Virus record (IMG/VR): IMGVR_UViG_3300012940_000089
Location: 1 to 28,238 of that record
Strand: one strand, 5' to 3'
Length of the DNA: 28,238 bases
Origin: a virus
Taxonomy: Duplodnaviria > Caudoviricetes
Both the position numbers and the translations under genes were made by a program. The notes beneath the pieces were generated by a model that was not told the DNA's origin, made no database searches, and was given only the letters and a program-made list of their open reading frames with translations. This document shows positions 17,698 through 24,667 of the stretch, piece by piece. Each line of letters begins with the position of its first letter. Within the stretch, counting starts at the first letter, position 1.

Positions 17698-19325
17698 TAC
17701 TGTTCCTCCGGAGCCTTGCTGGCTTCCTTGGCGTCAATGCCCTGTAGGGCTGCCGGAATCGGCAGGCCGAGACGCTCATAGCGCTCGCGCTCGATGGCGC
17801 GGCGGTCCGCCACGTCGCGCCAGTCCTGGCCAGCTGCCTCGGCGCATTCGTCCTCCAGGGAAGACAGTCCGGCGTCGATACCCAGGATGGCGCCCTGGCG
17901 TTCTTTGACGATGTCCACGAGTCCACGACCTGGACCCATCCATTTCGCCCGTGAGTACGCTGCGCGCGCCTCGATGAAATCTGGGGCGCCGGCGGGCATT
18001 GGATAGTCGTCCACCTCCATGGATTCCTCGAGCCACGCCGTGAATATCGGCTGGGCCTGGCCGGCTGCGAAACCCATCCGGCGCCGCGAGAACGTCTTCC
18101 ACGCTTCCAGCATCGCGGACCGATAGGCGCTGTAGTTCACCTCGGCCCAGTTCTGGCTGATCTGTTGGGCCGCCAGCCCGGTGCCCGCTGAAAAGTGCCG
18201 GAGCATGGCGCTTTCGAACGCCGGAAAGTTGCTGCTCGGCCTGCTTGGCGCGACCGTTCCGATGGTCTCGCCTGGGTAAAGGTGCGTCATACCGACGTCA
18301 CCAAGGCGAGTCCTGCGTTCGGCGTGAAACTCGGCGCGCTCACGCTGGTAGGCGCTAATTTCGGTGCCCTCTAGAGCACCCTCGACCAGCTCCCGGTCAA
18401 AGGGACTTTGGATGTAGGCCGCGAAAAAGGCATTGATGATCGCTGCGTCCAGCTCGGTGCTGTCGTACTTGATCAGCATCTTGAAGCGCTGCAGCACGGG
18501 TGTAAGAAATCCGATGCCGCGGTGTTGCGATGCCCGGTCGTGATCGAAATGATGCACGATGATCGGCCGCCCCCACTCGGTCTCCCTGGGGATGCGGTCC
18601 CACTGCACGCTCTTGGCCGCGCTGAACCAATCGCCCTGGTGCGCACGGCGAATGTAGTAAGCGATGGCCACGCCATACTCGTCCACCTCCACGCCGCCGC
18701 GCATCGCCTGCTGGTCGAATCGCAGTTGCGGGTTCGACAGGCGGTCCGGATCCAGTATTTGCAACGCCGTCGCGTAGCGCGCGCGGCCCGCCCCCACGCG
18801 ACCCGGGAGCCAGTGCAGCATAGACAGCGAATCGCCGTCGATCAGTTGATGCCGGAAGGCCAGCTGCATCATCTGCGGGAAGCTCAGGGCGCGTTCCGAG
18901 TCGCAATAGAAGCCAGGATCGTGGGCCCAGCTGCGCCAGTTCGCCTCGACGGCCTGGCCGAATTCGTCCGCCCACACGTGGTCAAACGCTTTGATGCCGG
19001 TCGTCGCCTGCAGCCAACGGTAGTCAGGCTTCGAAATCGGTCGGAAATCCGGCCCAATGACGTTGTCCACCGTGCGCATGACCGCTGCGGTGGCCCACCC
19101 GTCATTTCGGATCAGGTCCCGTGCACGCGCCGTAAGGCGGTCGCGGTACATGTTGATCTCGCCGTCGGGAGACCACAGGTACGGCATCCAGTCGCGGACG
19201 TGACCGCCATACAGGTCGGCCGCGTCGTACGGAGCGTTCGCGCCCGGTGTGAGCATGGACGCATGCCGCCGCGTCCGTTCGATGGGATGCCCTCGCTGGT
19301 CGAGGATCTTCACGGGGTTTTCCAT
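17697..19325 (-). CDS. Portal protein, lambda gpB family (542 aa, start MENPVKILD)
   Basis: ARARDLIRNDG, LDPDRLSNP, GGVEVD.YG..AYY, Q.RGI, VNYSAYRS.MLEAW motifs. Confidence 0.95.
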   Translation of the reverse strand: MENPVKILDQRGHPIERTRRHASMLTPGANAPYDAADLYGGHVRDWMPYLWSPDGEINMYRDRLTARARDLIRNDGWATAAVMRTVDNVIGPDFRPISKPDYRWLQATTGIKAFDHVWADEFGQAVEANWRSWAHDPGFYCDSERALSFPQMMQLAFRHQLIDGDSLSMLHWLPGRVGAGRARYATALQILDPDRLSNPQLRFDQQAMRGGVEVDEYGVAIAYYIRRAHQGDWFSAAKSVQWDRIPRETEWGRPIIVHHFDHDRASQHRGIGFLTPVLQRFKMLIKYDSTELDAAIINAFFAAYIQSPFDRELVEGALEGTEISAYQRERAEFHAERRTRLGDVGMTHLYPGETIGTVAPSRPSSNFPAFESAMLRHFSAGTGLAAQQISQNWAEVNYSAYRSAMLEAWKTFSRRRMGFAAGQAQPIFTAWLEESMEVDDYPMPAGAPDFIEARAAYSRAKWMGPGRGLVDIVKERQGAILGIDAGLSSLEDECAEAAGQDWRDVADRRAIERERYERLGLPIPAALQGIDAKEASKAPEEQ

Positions 19326-19573
19326 CAGCGCATCACAAAGTTGATCTGGCGGCGCGCGCGGCAAACGATGCCGAGCATTTGCTGCAGGAGGGCGATCTCG
19401 CCCTGGAGTCGGCTCAGGTCCGCAGCACGGTAGGTGACCGACTTCGAACCATCGGACTGTGCGTAGCTCGCCGACGCGACCTGCTTGCCGGTCAACAGGT
19501 CGAAGTACGCTTGCTGCAAGGCGGCAAGGCGCGCCTGCAGGTCTGTCCTGCTCATTCCGTCGTAGACGCTCAT
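19325..19573 (-). CDS. Head completion protein gpW-like (82 aa, start MSVYDGMS)
   Basis: L...Q.AY.DL.TGKQV....DG.KSVTY..ADL..L...I..L; between TerL and portal. Confidence 0.88.
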   Translation of the reverse strand: MSVYDGMSRTDLQARLAALQQAYFDLLTGKQVASASYAQSDGSKSVTYRAADLSRLQGEIALLQQMLGIVCRARRQINFVMR

Positions 19574-19584
19574 GGCGTACCTCG

Positions 19585-21741
19585 TTATGCAAGTTTGCTC
19601 ACGCGCGAGCGCTTCGTGTCCTGAGACAACACCTTCACACTGGGCCCGCGCGCCGCGGGCGCGGGGCCGGTCGTCGGGGCGCCGTCGGACGCCGGCGGCG
19701 CGCCATGTAGGACCTGCGCCAGTTCGTCCACCGTGCGATTCAGTCGCAGACCGAAATGGATCAGGGCGCACAGCGCGGCATAGGCATACACGCGGCAGTC
19801 CAGCGCCTCGTTTGCGCGGCCCGGCGGAAGCTCCCAGACCCTGTACTTGTGACCGCTGGCTTCTTTGACGACGATGCGCTCGGAAGTGAGCTGGGCGTAG
19901 TAGTTGATATCCCGGTCCGCCGGAAAGTGCATGTAGCCCGGGCCAGGCACATCCTTAGCCAGTCGGTTCCGGATGGTGTCTTTCGCCGTGTTCACGCCGA
20001 TGATGGTCGGCCGGTAGGTCGCCTTATTCCGGCGCGATGGCACTTTGGTAGGCCACACCGGTGATCGCTGGCCATTGCGGGCGGATTCGCCCTTGATGGC
20101 GTAAATCCTGCGTCCCAGTCTTGCCTTGGCGAACTCGTACACCCGCTGCGTGTTATGACCGCCTGAATCGATGCAGGCTGCGGCGAGGGTGTAGGGACGC
20201 CCGTCGTAGCGGTACCAGGTCCTCTTTAGGTAGTCATCGACGCGTGTCCACAGCTCCGGCGTCTCCGGGTCACCTTCAAAGACCTCGTAATCGATGGACC
20301 AGCTTTCCTCGTCGCGGCCCCATCCAACCAGTTCGCACTCCACGCGGTCCGGCTGTACGTCAAGCCCAGCAGTCAAGACCCCGACGCCGAAGGGCACGGG
20401 AGCGGGCCAAACTTCGCCGCGCGCGGCCAGCACTTCCAGATTCAGGTCCTTGCCGTTATGGGCCCTGTACGGCAGACCCATCTGGGTGTTCCACCAGGCC
20501 TGCTTCAGGTCCTCATCGTCTTTGGCGGCGAGCCACTTCGCCGCGATGTCCGAAGGCTTGTCTTTCGACCAGGGCGAGTACAGCTTGCTGGCCTGGAAGC
20601 CTGCATGCGTGTTATCGACCGCCCACGTGCCGCAATCCGGGCATTTCGCCCGGTACACCGCATGCCGATCGCTTGCCCACCAATCCCACACCATATCGAC
20701 CGCGGCAATGCCGCCGCTGCCCGGGTTCTCCGCCTCGGCGTCGCGCCACGCGCGCTCGTATAGATCCAACGGGACATGGCGCTGACCGCAGCAGGTGAAT
20801 GCCCGCGTCTGATGCCAGCGCACGGTCTGCAGCGCTTTGAGCCGCTCGCCCTCCGACCAGCCAAGCCCACAGGCCTCGCAGAATATGCGCGCGGTCTTCG
20901 GGAAGTGCTCCAGCACATTTCCCTTGTCGTCCTTGCGCTTGTTCCAATCCACGTGCCGGAAAAAATCCAGGAACTGCCGGTGGCCGCATCCCGGGCACGC
21001 CACCGATGCGCGCCGCTGGTCCGAGGACAGATAGCTTTTCTCGATCCGGCTCTCATCCTGCACCGTGGGTGAGCAGGCGCGCACAGACAGCCAGTTCGCA
21101 CCGAAGCTTGCCGTGCGCTCCTCGGCCAGCGATATCGGGTCCCCTTCTCTGGTGACAGGGTACTTGTCCACCTCGTCGGCAAGGATCACGCGGACCGGCC
21201 GGCGCGCGAGGTTGTCCGGGCTGCCGGCGCCAGCCAATGCCAGGAATCCGCCCGGGAATGACTTGAACAGCAGCGTCTCGTCCGCATTGCGCGTCTTGCT
21301 GGTACCCACCAGCTCACGCAGGACCGGCGTGACACGGATCAACGGGCTGATACGCTCCTTGCTGAATTGCTCCGCGGCGTCTTCCTTGGGCTGCAGCAGC
21401 AGGATCGGACACGGATCCAGATGAGCGTAGTACCCGAAGATGTTCTCGAGAAGCGCGGTCTTCAGCATCTGCGTGCTGACCATCGCCGTGACGATATGCA
21501 CGCCTGGCTCCGTCGGAGCCAGCATGGGACCGCGGGCCACTTCGACGGTGCTGGTAGACCAGTTGCCGGACGTGCTGCCCGCCTCCTTCGCCAGTTTGCG
21601 GTACCGGTCTGCCCACTCGGGCACGCTTATGCGAGGCGGCGGCGTCCAGGCTTGGCGGACCGCGCGCCACAGCACATCACGCTTCCCCCGGCCGGAACTC
21701 TGCGTCGGGCTCGCCAAGGTCTGTGATTTGTTTGTGGACAT
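19585..21741 (-). CDS. Terminase large subunit, lambda GpA family (start uncertain; alternative GTG at 21675)
   Basis: PPP.ISV.EWAD, VILADEVDKY Walker B, EGDPISLAEERT, LTAGLDVQ.DR, IDSGG, NEALDCRVYAYAA. Confidence 0.95.
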   Translation of the reverse strand: MSTNKSQTLASPTQSSGRGKRDVLWRAVRQAWTPPPRISVPEWADRYRKLAKEAGSTSGNWSTSTVEVARGPMLAPTEPGVHIVTAMVSTQMLKTALLENIFGYYAHLDPCPILLLQPKEDAAEQFSKERISPLIRVTPVLRELVGTSKTRNADETLLFKSFPGGFLALAGAGSPDNLARRPVRVILADEVDKYPVTREGDPISLAEERTASFGANWLSVRACSPTVQDESRIEKSYLSSDQRRASVACPGCGHRQFLDFFRHVDWNKRKDDKGNVLEHFPKTARIFCEACGLGWSEGERLKALQTVRWHQTRAFTCCGQRHVPLDLYERAWRDAEAENPGSGGIAAVDMVWDWWASDRHAVYRAKCPDCGTWAVDNTHAGFQASKLYSPWSKDKPSDIAAKWLAAKDDEDLKQAWWNTQMGLPYRAHNGKDLNLEVLAARGEVWPAPVPFGVGVLTAGLDVQPDRVECELVGWGRDEESWSIDYEVFEGDPETPELWTRVDDYLKRTWYRYDGRPYTLAAACIDSGGHNTQRVYEFAKARLGRRIYAIKGESARNGQRSPVWPTKVPSRRNKATYRPTIIGVNTAKDTIRNRLAKDVPGPGYMHFPADRDINYYAQLTSERIVVKEASGHKYRVWELPPGRANEALDCRVYAYAALCALIHFGLRLNRTVDELAQVLHGAPPASDGAPTTGPAPAARGPSVKVLSQDTKRSRVSKLA

Positions 21742-22294
21742 GCGCGGTCAAAGCTTCGGTCACCCGGTCGGCCTCATCGAGGCCCAGCTCAGCCGCCAGG
21801 AGCGGGCCGATTTTCGCGGGCCAGTTCAACCACGCATCGCGCTGTGCACGAAAGGCTTCGAAGAGGACGCTTTGGGCCACGGCCAGCTCGACCAGGGCGC
21901 CGGACTTTTGTTCGTATTCCAGCTGGCGCAGCAACGCGAGCCAGTTCTCCTTGCGGCGAAGCGCCTCGGCGTAGTCCACCAGCTCGGTGCCGGCCAGCAA
22001 CCGGGTCGCGGCGTCCGGGAGGGACTCGTCGTCGCCGGGCGCGTCTGACGGAAGGTCGGGGCCAGGCGTGGCGGCCGGAGCAGCACCGCGAACAGTGCGA
22101 ACAGTGTTCGCAGGGCTGTTCGCACTGTTCGCACCTGTCGCATTGCCATGGCGCCAGGGGCTGCCGACAAGCGCAGGATCAATCGAACCATCCTCTAAGG
22201 TACTGATTCGATTCTGCTTTATCGCGCGCCGCACCAACGTGTCGGAGCAGTTTTCCCGCCGGGCAAACTCCCGAATGGACAGGCCAGCAGCCAT
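21677..22294 (-). CDS. Terminase small subunit (Nu1-like)
   Basis: N-terminal HTH (LSIREFARRENCSDTLVRRAIK.NRI), coiled C half with LEYEQKSG.LV; upstream of TerL and adjacent to cos. Confidence 0.85.
   Translation of the reverse strand: MAAGLSIREFARRENCSDTLVRRAIKQNRISTLEDGSIDPALVGSPWRHGNATGANSANSPANTVRTVRGAAPAATPGPDLPSDAPGDDESLPDAATRLLAGTELVDYAEALRRKENWLALLRQLEYEQKSGALVELAVAQSVLFEAFRAQRDAWLNWPAKIGPLLAAELGLDEADRVTEALTAHVHKQITDLGEPDAEFRPGEA
22088..22133. repeat. Cluster of five (T)GCGAACA repeats, two direct and three inverted; sixth copy at 22297-22304
   Basis: gcgaacag-tgcgaacag-tgttcgca-gggctgttcgca-ctgttcgca read directly from the sequence. Confidence 0.85.
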
Positions 22295-22332
22295 AGTGCG
22301 AACACCTTTTGCACCCCAGAGCTGGGGCTAAA

Positions 22333-22378
22333 ACGCGGCGCGCAATGCCCGCGTGGCGGGCGGTCCAGAAAGGGACCC
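22333..22378 (-). promoter_or_regulatory. Putative lambda-like cos site (cosQ 22372-22378; cosN 22333-22354)
   Basis: Minus strand GGGTCCC - 17 nt - ACGCG^GGCATTGCGCGC^CGCGT (22 bp with dyad arms), just upstream of terS, mirroring the lambda cosQ/cosN layout. Confidence 0.75.
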
Positions 22379-22411
22379 GTTCCCTGGGTCTCTAGCGGCG
22401 CAGCCGTCCCG

Positions 22412-22612
22412 CTACTCGACGTTGGCGGGAGCGGACGCTGCTGCCTCCACATCCCCGGGGCAACCGATGGCGCGCGCCTCGTAGTGTGTTACAAAACGTT
22501 CCGGGTCACTTGCCCCACGAACGGCAATCTCGCCAAGAGTCTCGTACGGCAGACCGCCGATCCTCACGATGCTCCCGCAGGGGAGCTTCCACACATTCGA
22601 ATGGGAGGTCAT
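22412..22612 (-). CDS. Small hypothetical phage protein (66 aa)
   Basis: In late-operon orientation; L..G..V.IGG.PY...G...V.G pattern looks protein-like; weak RBS. Confidence 0.45.
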   Translation of the reverse strand: MTSHSNVWKLPCGSIVRIGGLPYETLGEIAVRGASDPERFVTHYEARAIGCPGDVEAAASAPANVE

Positions 22613-22865
22613 GTTGGCACTCTACTTTGTGGATTACGACCTGCATGGGTCGAACAAGGACTATCAGGATCTTTACGACGATTTGGAATCGATGGGCGGG
22701 AAACGGGTGCTGGAATCGCTATGGGCTCTCAGGCGCGCAAACACGACATGCACGGCACTCCGCGACAGACTCAAAGCTCATCTCCACAAGGACGACAGCC
22801 TTATGGTCTCCGAGGTAGCAAACTGGTCCGGGAGAAATCTGCAGACTAGTCCGAACGACGTCTAG
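22611..22865 (+). CDS. Stand-alone Cas2/VapD-like ferredoxin-fold small protein (moron); start ATG 22611 or TTG 22614
   Basis: YFVDYDL....Y..L...L...G..RVLESLW pattern; GGAGG RBS at 22604-22608, best spaced to TTG 22614; antisense to the late operon. Confidence 0.7.
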   Translation: MLALYFVDYDLHGSNKDYQDLYDDLESMGGKRVLESLWALRRANTTCTALRDRLKAHLHKDDSLMVSEVANWSGRNLQTSPNDV

Positions 22866-22868
22866 CCA

Positions 22869-23555
22869 TCAGCGAGCAGTCCGGAGCGCCTCGGCGAGCG
22901 CCGCCTGGAAATCGCCCGGGAAATACCGATCCACGATCTCGCGCGCCGTGGCGCCGAAGTTCAGCTGCTTGCGCACCGGCAGCGCATCGCCGAAGCGGAT
23001 TAACAGCTTCAGGCGCCCGGCCGGGCTTTCCTTCGACAGCTGCGCCTTGGTCACCGCACTGCGCGGGGCGGTCTTGGTAGCGCCGCGGGCACGCTTCGGA
23101 GCGACACGCTGCCACACGCCATTGACCGATTGCCCACCGCGCGTGCGGATGGCGCCGATGAACACGTCCGGGCGGGCCTTGAGCCTGCCCATGGTGGCCC
23201 GCGGGAGCTGTCCGTAGGAGTTCAGCCTGATGTCCTTCGGGTTCAACAGCGCACGGCTGTTCAGCTTGTGGACACCACCGTCCTCGTACGGCTGGAGGTA
23301 CGCTGCTGCGATCTTCTTGATGTAGATCGTGGCCACCGGGGCAGACTTTCGCGCCTTGCTCAGGCCGACCGACTTCTGCGTGAAGGGCGTCGGGTTCTCG
23401 AACGTCGCCTTGATGTTGTCGGTCTCGGCAGCCTGCACGCGCGCCGCTGTCGCGTTGATGCCCTGGGCGAGCGCGAATGGCAGCTGGCGAGCTGTGAAGG
23501 CGTCTATGCGGCGCATGACGTCCTTCATGTTGGACGTGATCTTTATATCGAGCAT
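22869..23555 (-). CDS. Basic phage morphogenesis protein, gpZ/neck-like (228 aa, start MLDIKITSN)
   Basis: QLPFA.A..IN.TA, F..PTPFT, YL.P...GG motifs; AAGGGA RBS; first gene of the late operon. Confidence 0.65.
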   Translation of the reverse strand: MLDIKITSNMKDVMRRIDAFTARQLPFALAQGINATAARVQAAETDNIKATFENPTPFTQKSVGLSKARKSAPVATIYIKKIAAAYLQPYEDGGVHKLNSRALLNPKDIRLNSYGQLPRATMGRLKARPDVFIGAIRTRGGQSVNGVWQRVAPKRARGATKTAPRSAVTKAQLSKESPAGRLKLLIRFGDALPVRKQLNFGATAREIVDRYFPGDFQAALAEALRTAR

Positions 23556-23569
23556 GCCGCCATCCCTTT

Positions 23570-24264
23570 TTGGAGACTGCACGCGCCCCTGCCGCCGTTT
23601 TCCGAAAGGAGGAACGGGTGGCGTCACATGGCGCGCTGCCGGGGTTATTGCGGACACTCCACGGCTTGTCCGGGCGGCGGCCTGCGGCCGCCTGCCATGC
23701 CCACTTGCACCCACTCGATGCTCTGGATGCCCCACGCTGGTGGCGAAGGGCGAAAATCACTGGAATCTGGCAAACTCGCCATGCAAACGCTGGGCGGCGG
23801 CTGCGTACGCCCGCGCGGCTTCTCCCACTGGTCGACCGCCTCAAGCCTTTCCCGACCACCCGAGGGAAGGAGACGGCCCAAATCGGTTCCGGCGAAGCGG
23901 CCGGCCGGTGGAAGCTGAAATTGGATGCCCGTTTATCGTCCGGGCCAGACTATCGAATGTGATGGCATTCGATTTATCGATAGCTGTCTGCTATCAATCT
24001 GGACATACCTGTCACCAGATGGGGTCAGGGGTGATACCCCAGCGCCCATCCCAATCCAACAGCACAGATATCGCAGGCTAGCCATTTATCGTGCGGCCCT
24101 ACACGCCCCAGGCTTTCGCCCGTCACCCCTTTTACGCCTGCTCTATGCCAGCCTGGAGACAAGGCCAGCGAAGCGCCCCCATCAAAGCGCCTGTACTAGA
24201 TTCGTGCTTTCTTGACGTGTCGGCCACACTGGAGGCCCGGTTAATTTTCGGCTCGTCACACCGT
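23570..24264 (-). ncRNA. Candidate structured non-coding RNA, distal part of the late leader
   Basis: More than ten near-contiguous hairpins, several with G-U pairs valid only on the minus strand; no convincing ORF. Confidence 0.45.
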
Positions 24265-24296
24265 AAAAAAGCCCCCAGCGATTTCTCACTAGGGGC
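24265..24296 (-). terminator. Second late-leader intrinsic terminator
   Basis: GCCCCUAGUGA-GAAA-UCGCUGGGGGC (11 bp, 2 G-U) followed by U6. Confidence 0.88.
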
Positions 24297-24558
24297 GGAA
24301 TGGTTGCGCGTCTTCCCGCGCTGCCAACTGGAAGGTGAGACCCCTCCAGATTCACGCCGAACCCTTGCGGGCCGGATAACGCATTGACGGTGCCCAGCTT
24401 CGAGGAACCGGCCCTTTCGGGTTGACGCCTTGCGGCGACCTCTACACGCGCTGCGCTTCACCATCACGGCTGGCGACTGAACATCCGCCCCGGGGTAACA
24501 CCGGGGGTTGCGCCCGAAGGCTGGCCCTGTCCGGCCAATCGCCATTCGTGATGATGCT
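24265..24558 (-). ncRNA. Candidate ~290-nt structured RNA between two terminators
   Basis: Two multi-branch domains, GCAA/GAAA/UUCG tetraloops and strand-specific G-U pairs. Confidence 0.6.
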
Positions 24559-24559
24559 G

Positions 24560-24594
24560 AAAAACGAAAACCCGCGCAGTTTCCTGGCGGGCTT
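24560..24594 (-). terminator. tR'-like terminator shortly downstream of the late promoter
   Basis: AAGCCCGC-CAG-GAAA-CUG-C-GCGGGUU followed by UUCGUUUUU. Confidence 0.75.
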
Positions 24595-24631
24595 ACGTTT
24601 CTTTAGGGCGAGCGAAGTCGCCTTGGCCCGA

Positions 24632-24660
24632 ATTATGAGGCAATCCTAGCCACAACGCAA
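24632..24660 (-). promoter_or_regulatory. pR'-like sigma70 late promoter
   Basis: -35 TTGCGT (24660-24655), 17-bp spacer, -10 CATAAT (24637-24632), immediately after the Q-like gene stop. Confidence 0.78.
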
Positions 24661-24667
24661 TACCTCA

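Noticed and set aside
17697-19771. Longer starts from the ORF track (portal 19592, gpW 19771; likewise 6097, 13949, 14170, 23735, 25795, 26136)
   Set aside because: These extensions overlap upstream genes extensively; downstream ATGs show RBSs or stop/start coupling and match family N-termini.
23645-24545. ORFs within the late leader (23645-23881, 23925-24215, 24091-24387, 24132-24545, 23329-24081)
   Set aside because: No convincing RBS or family motif, atypical composition, and some run through terminators. A short peptide cannot be fully excluded.
24300-24556. Possible tRNA gene in the late leader, a common phage location
   Set aside because: No T-arm GTTCRANYC, D-arm consensus or acceptor stem with CCA found on either strand by eye.
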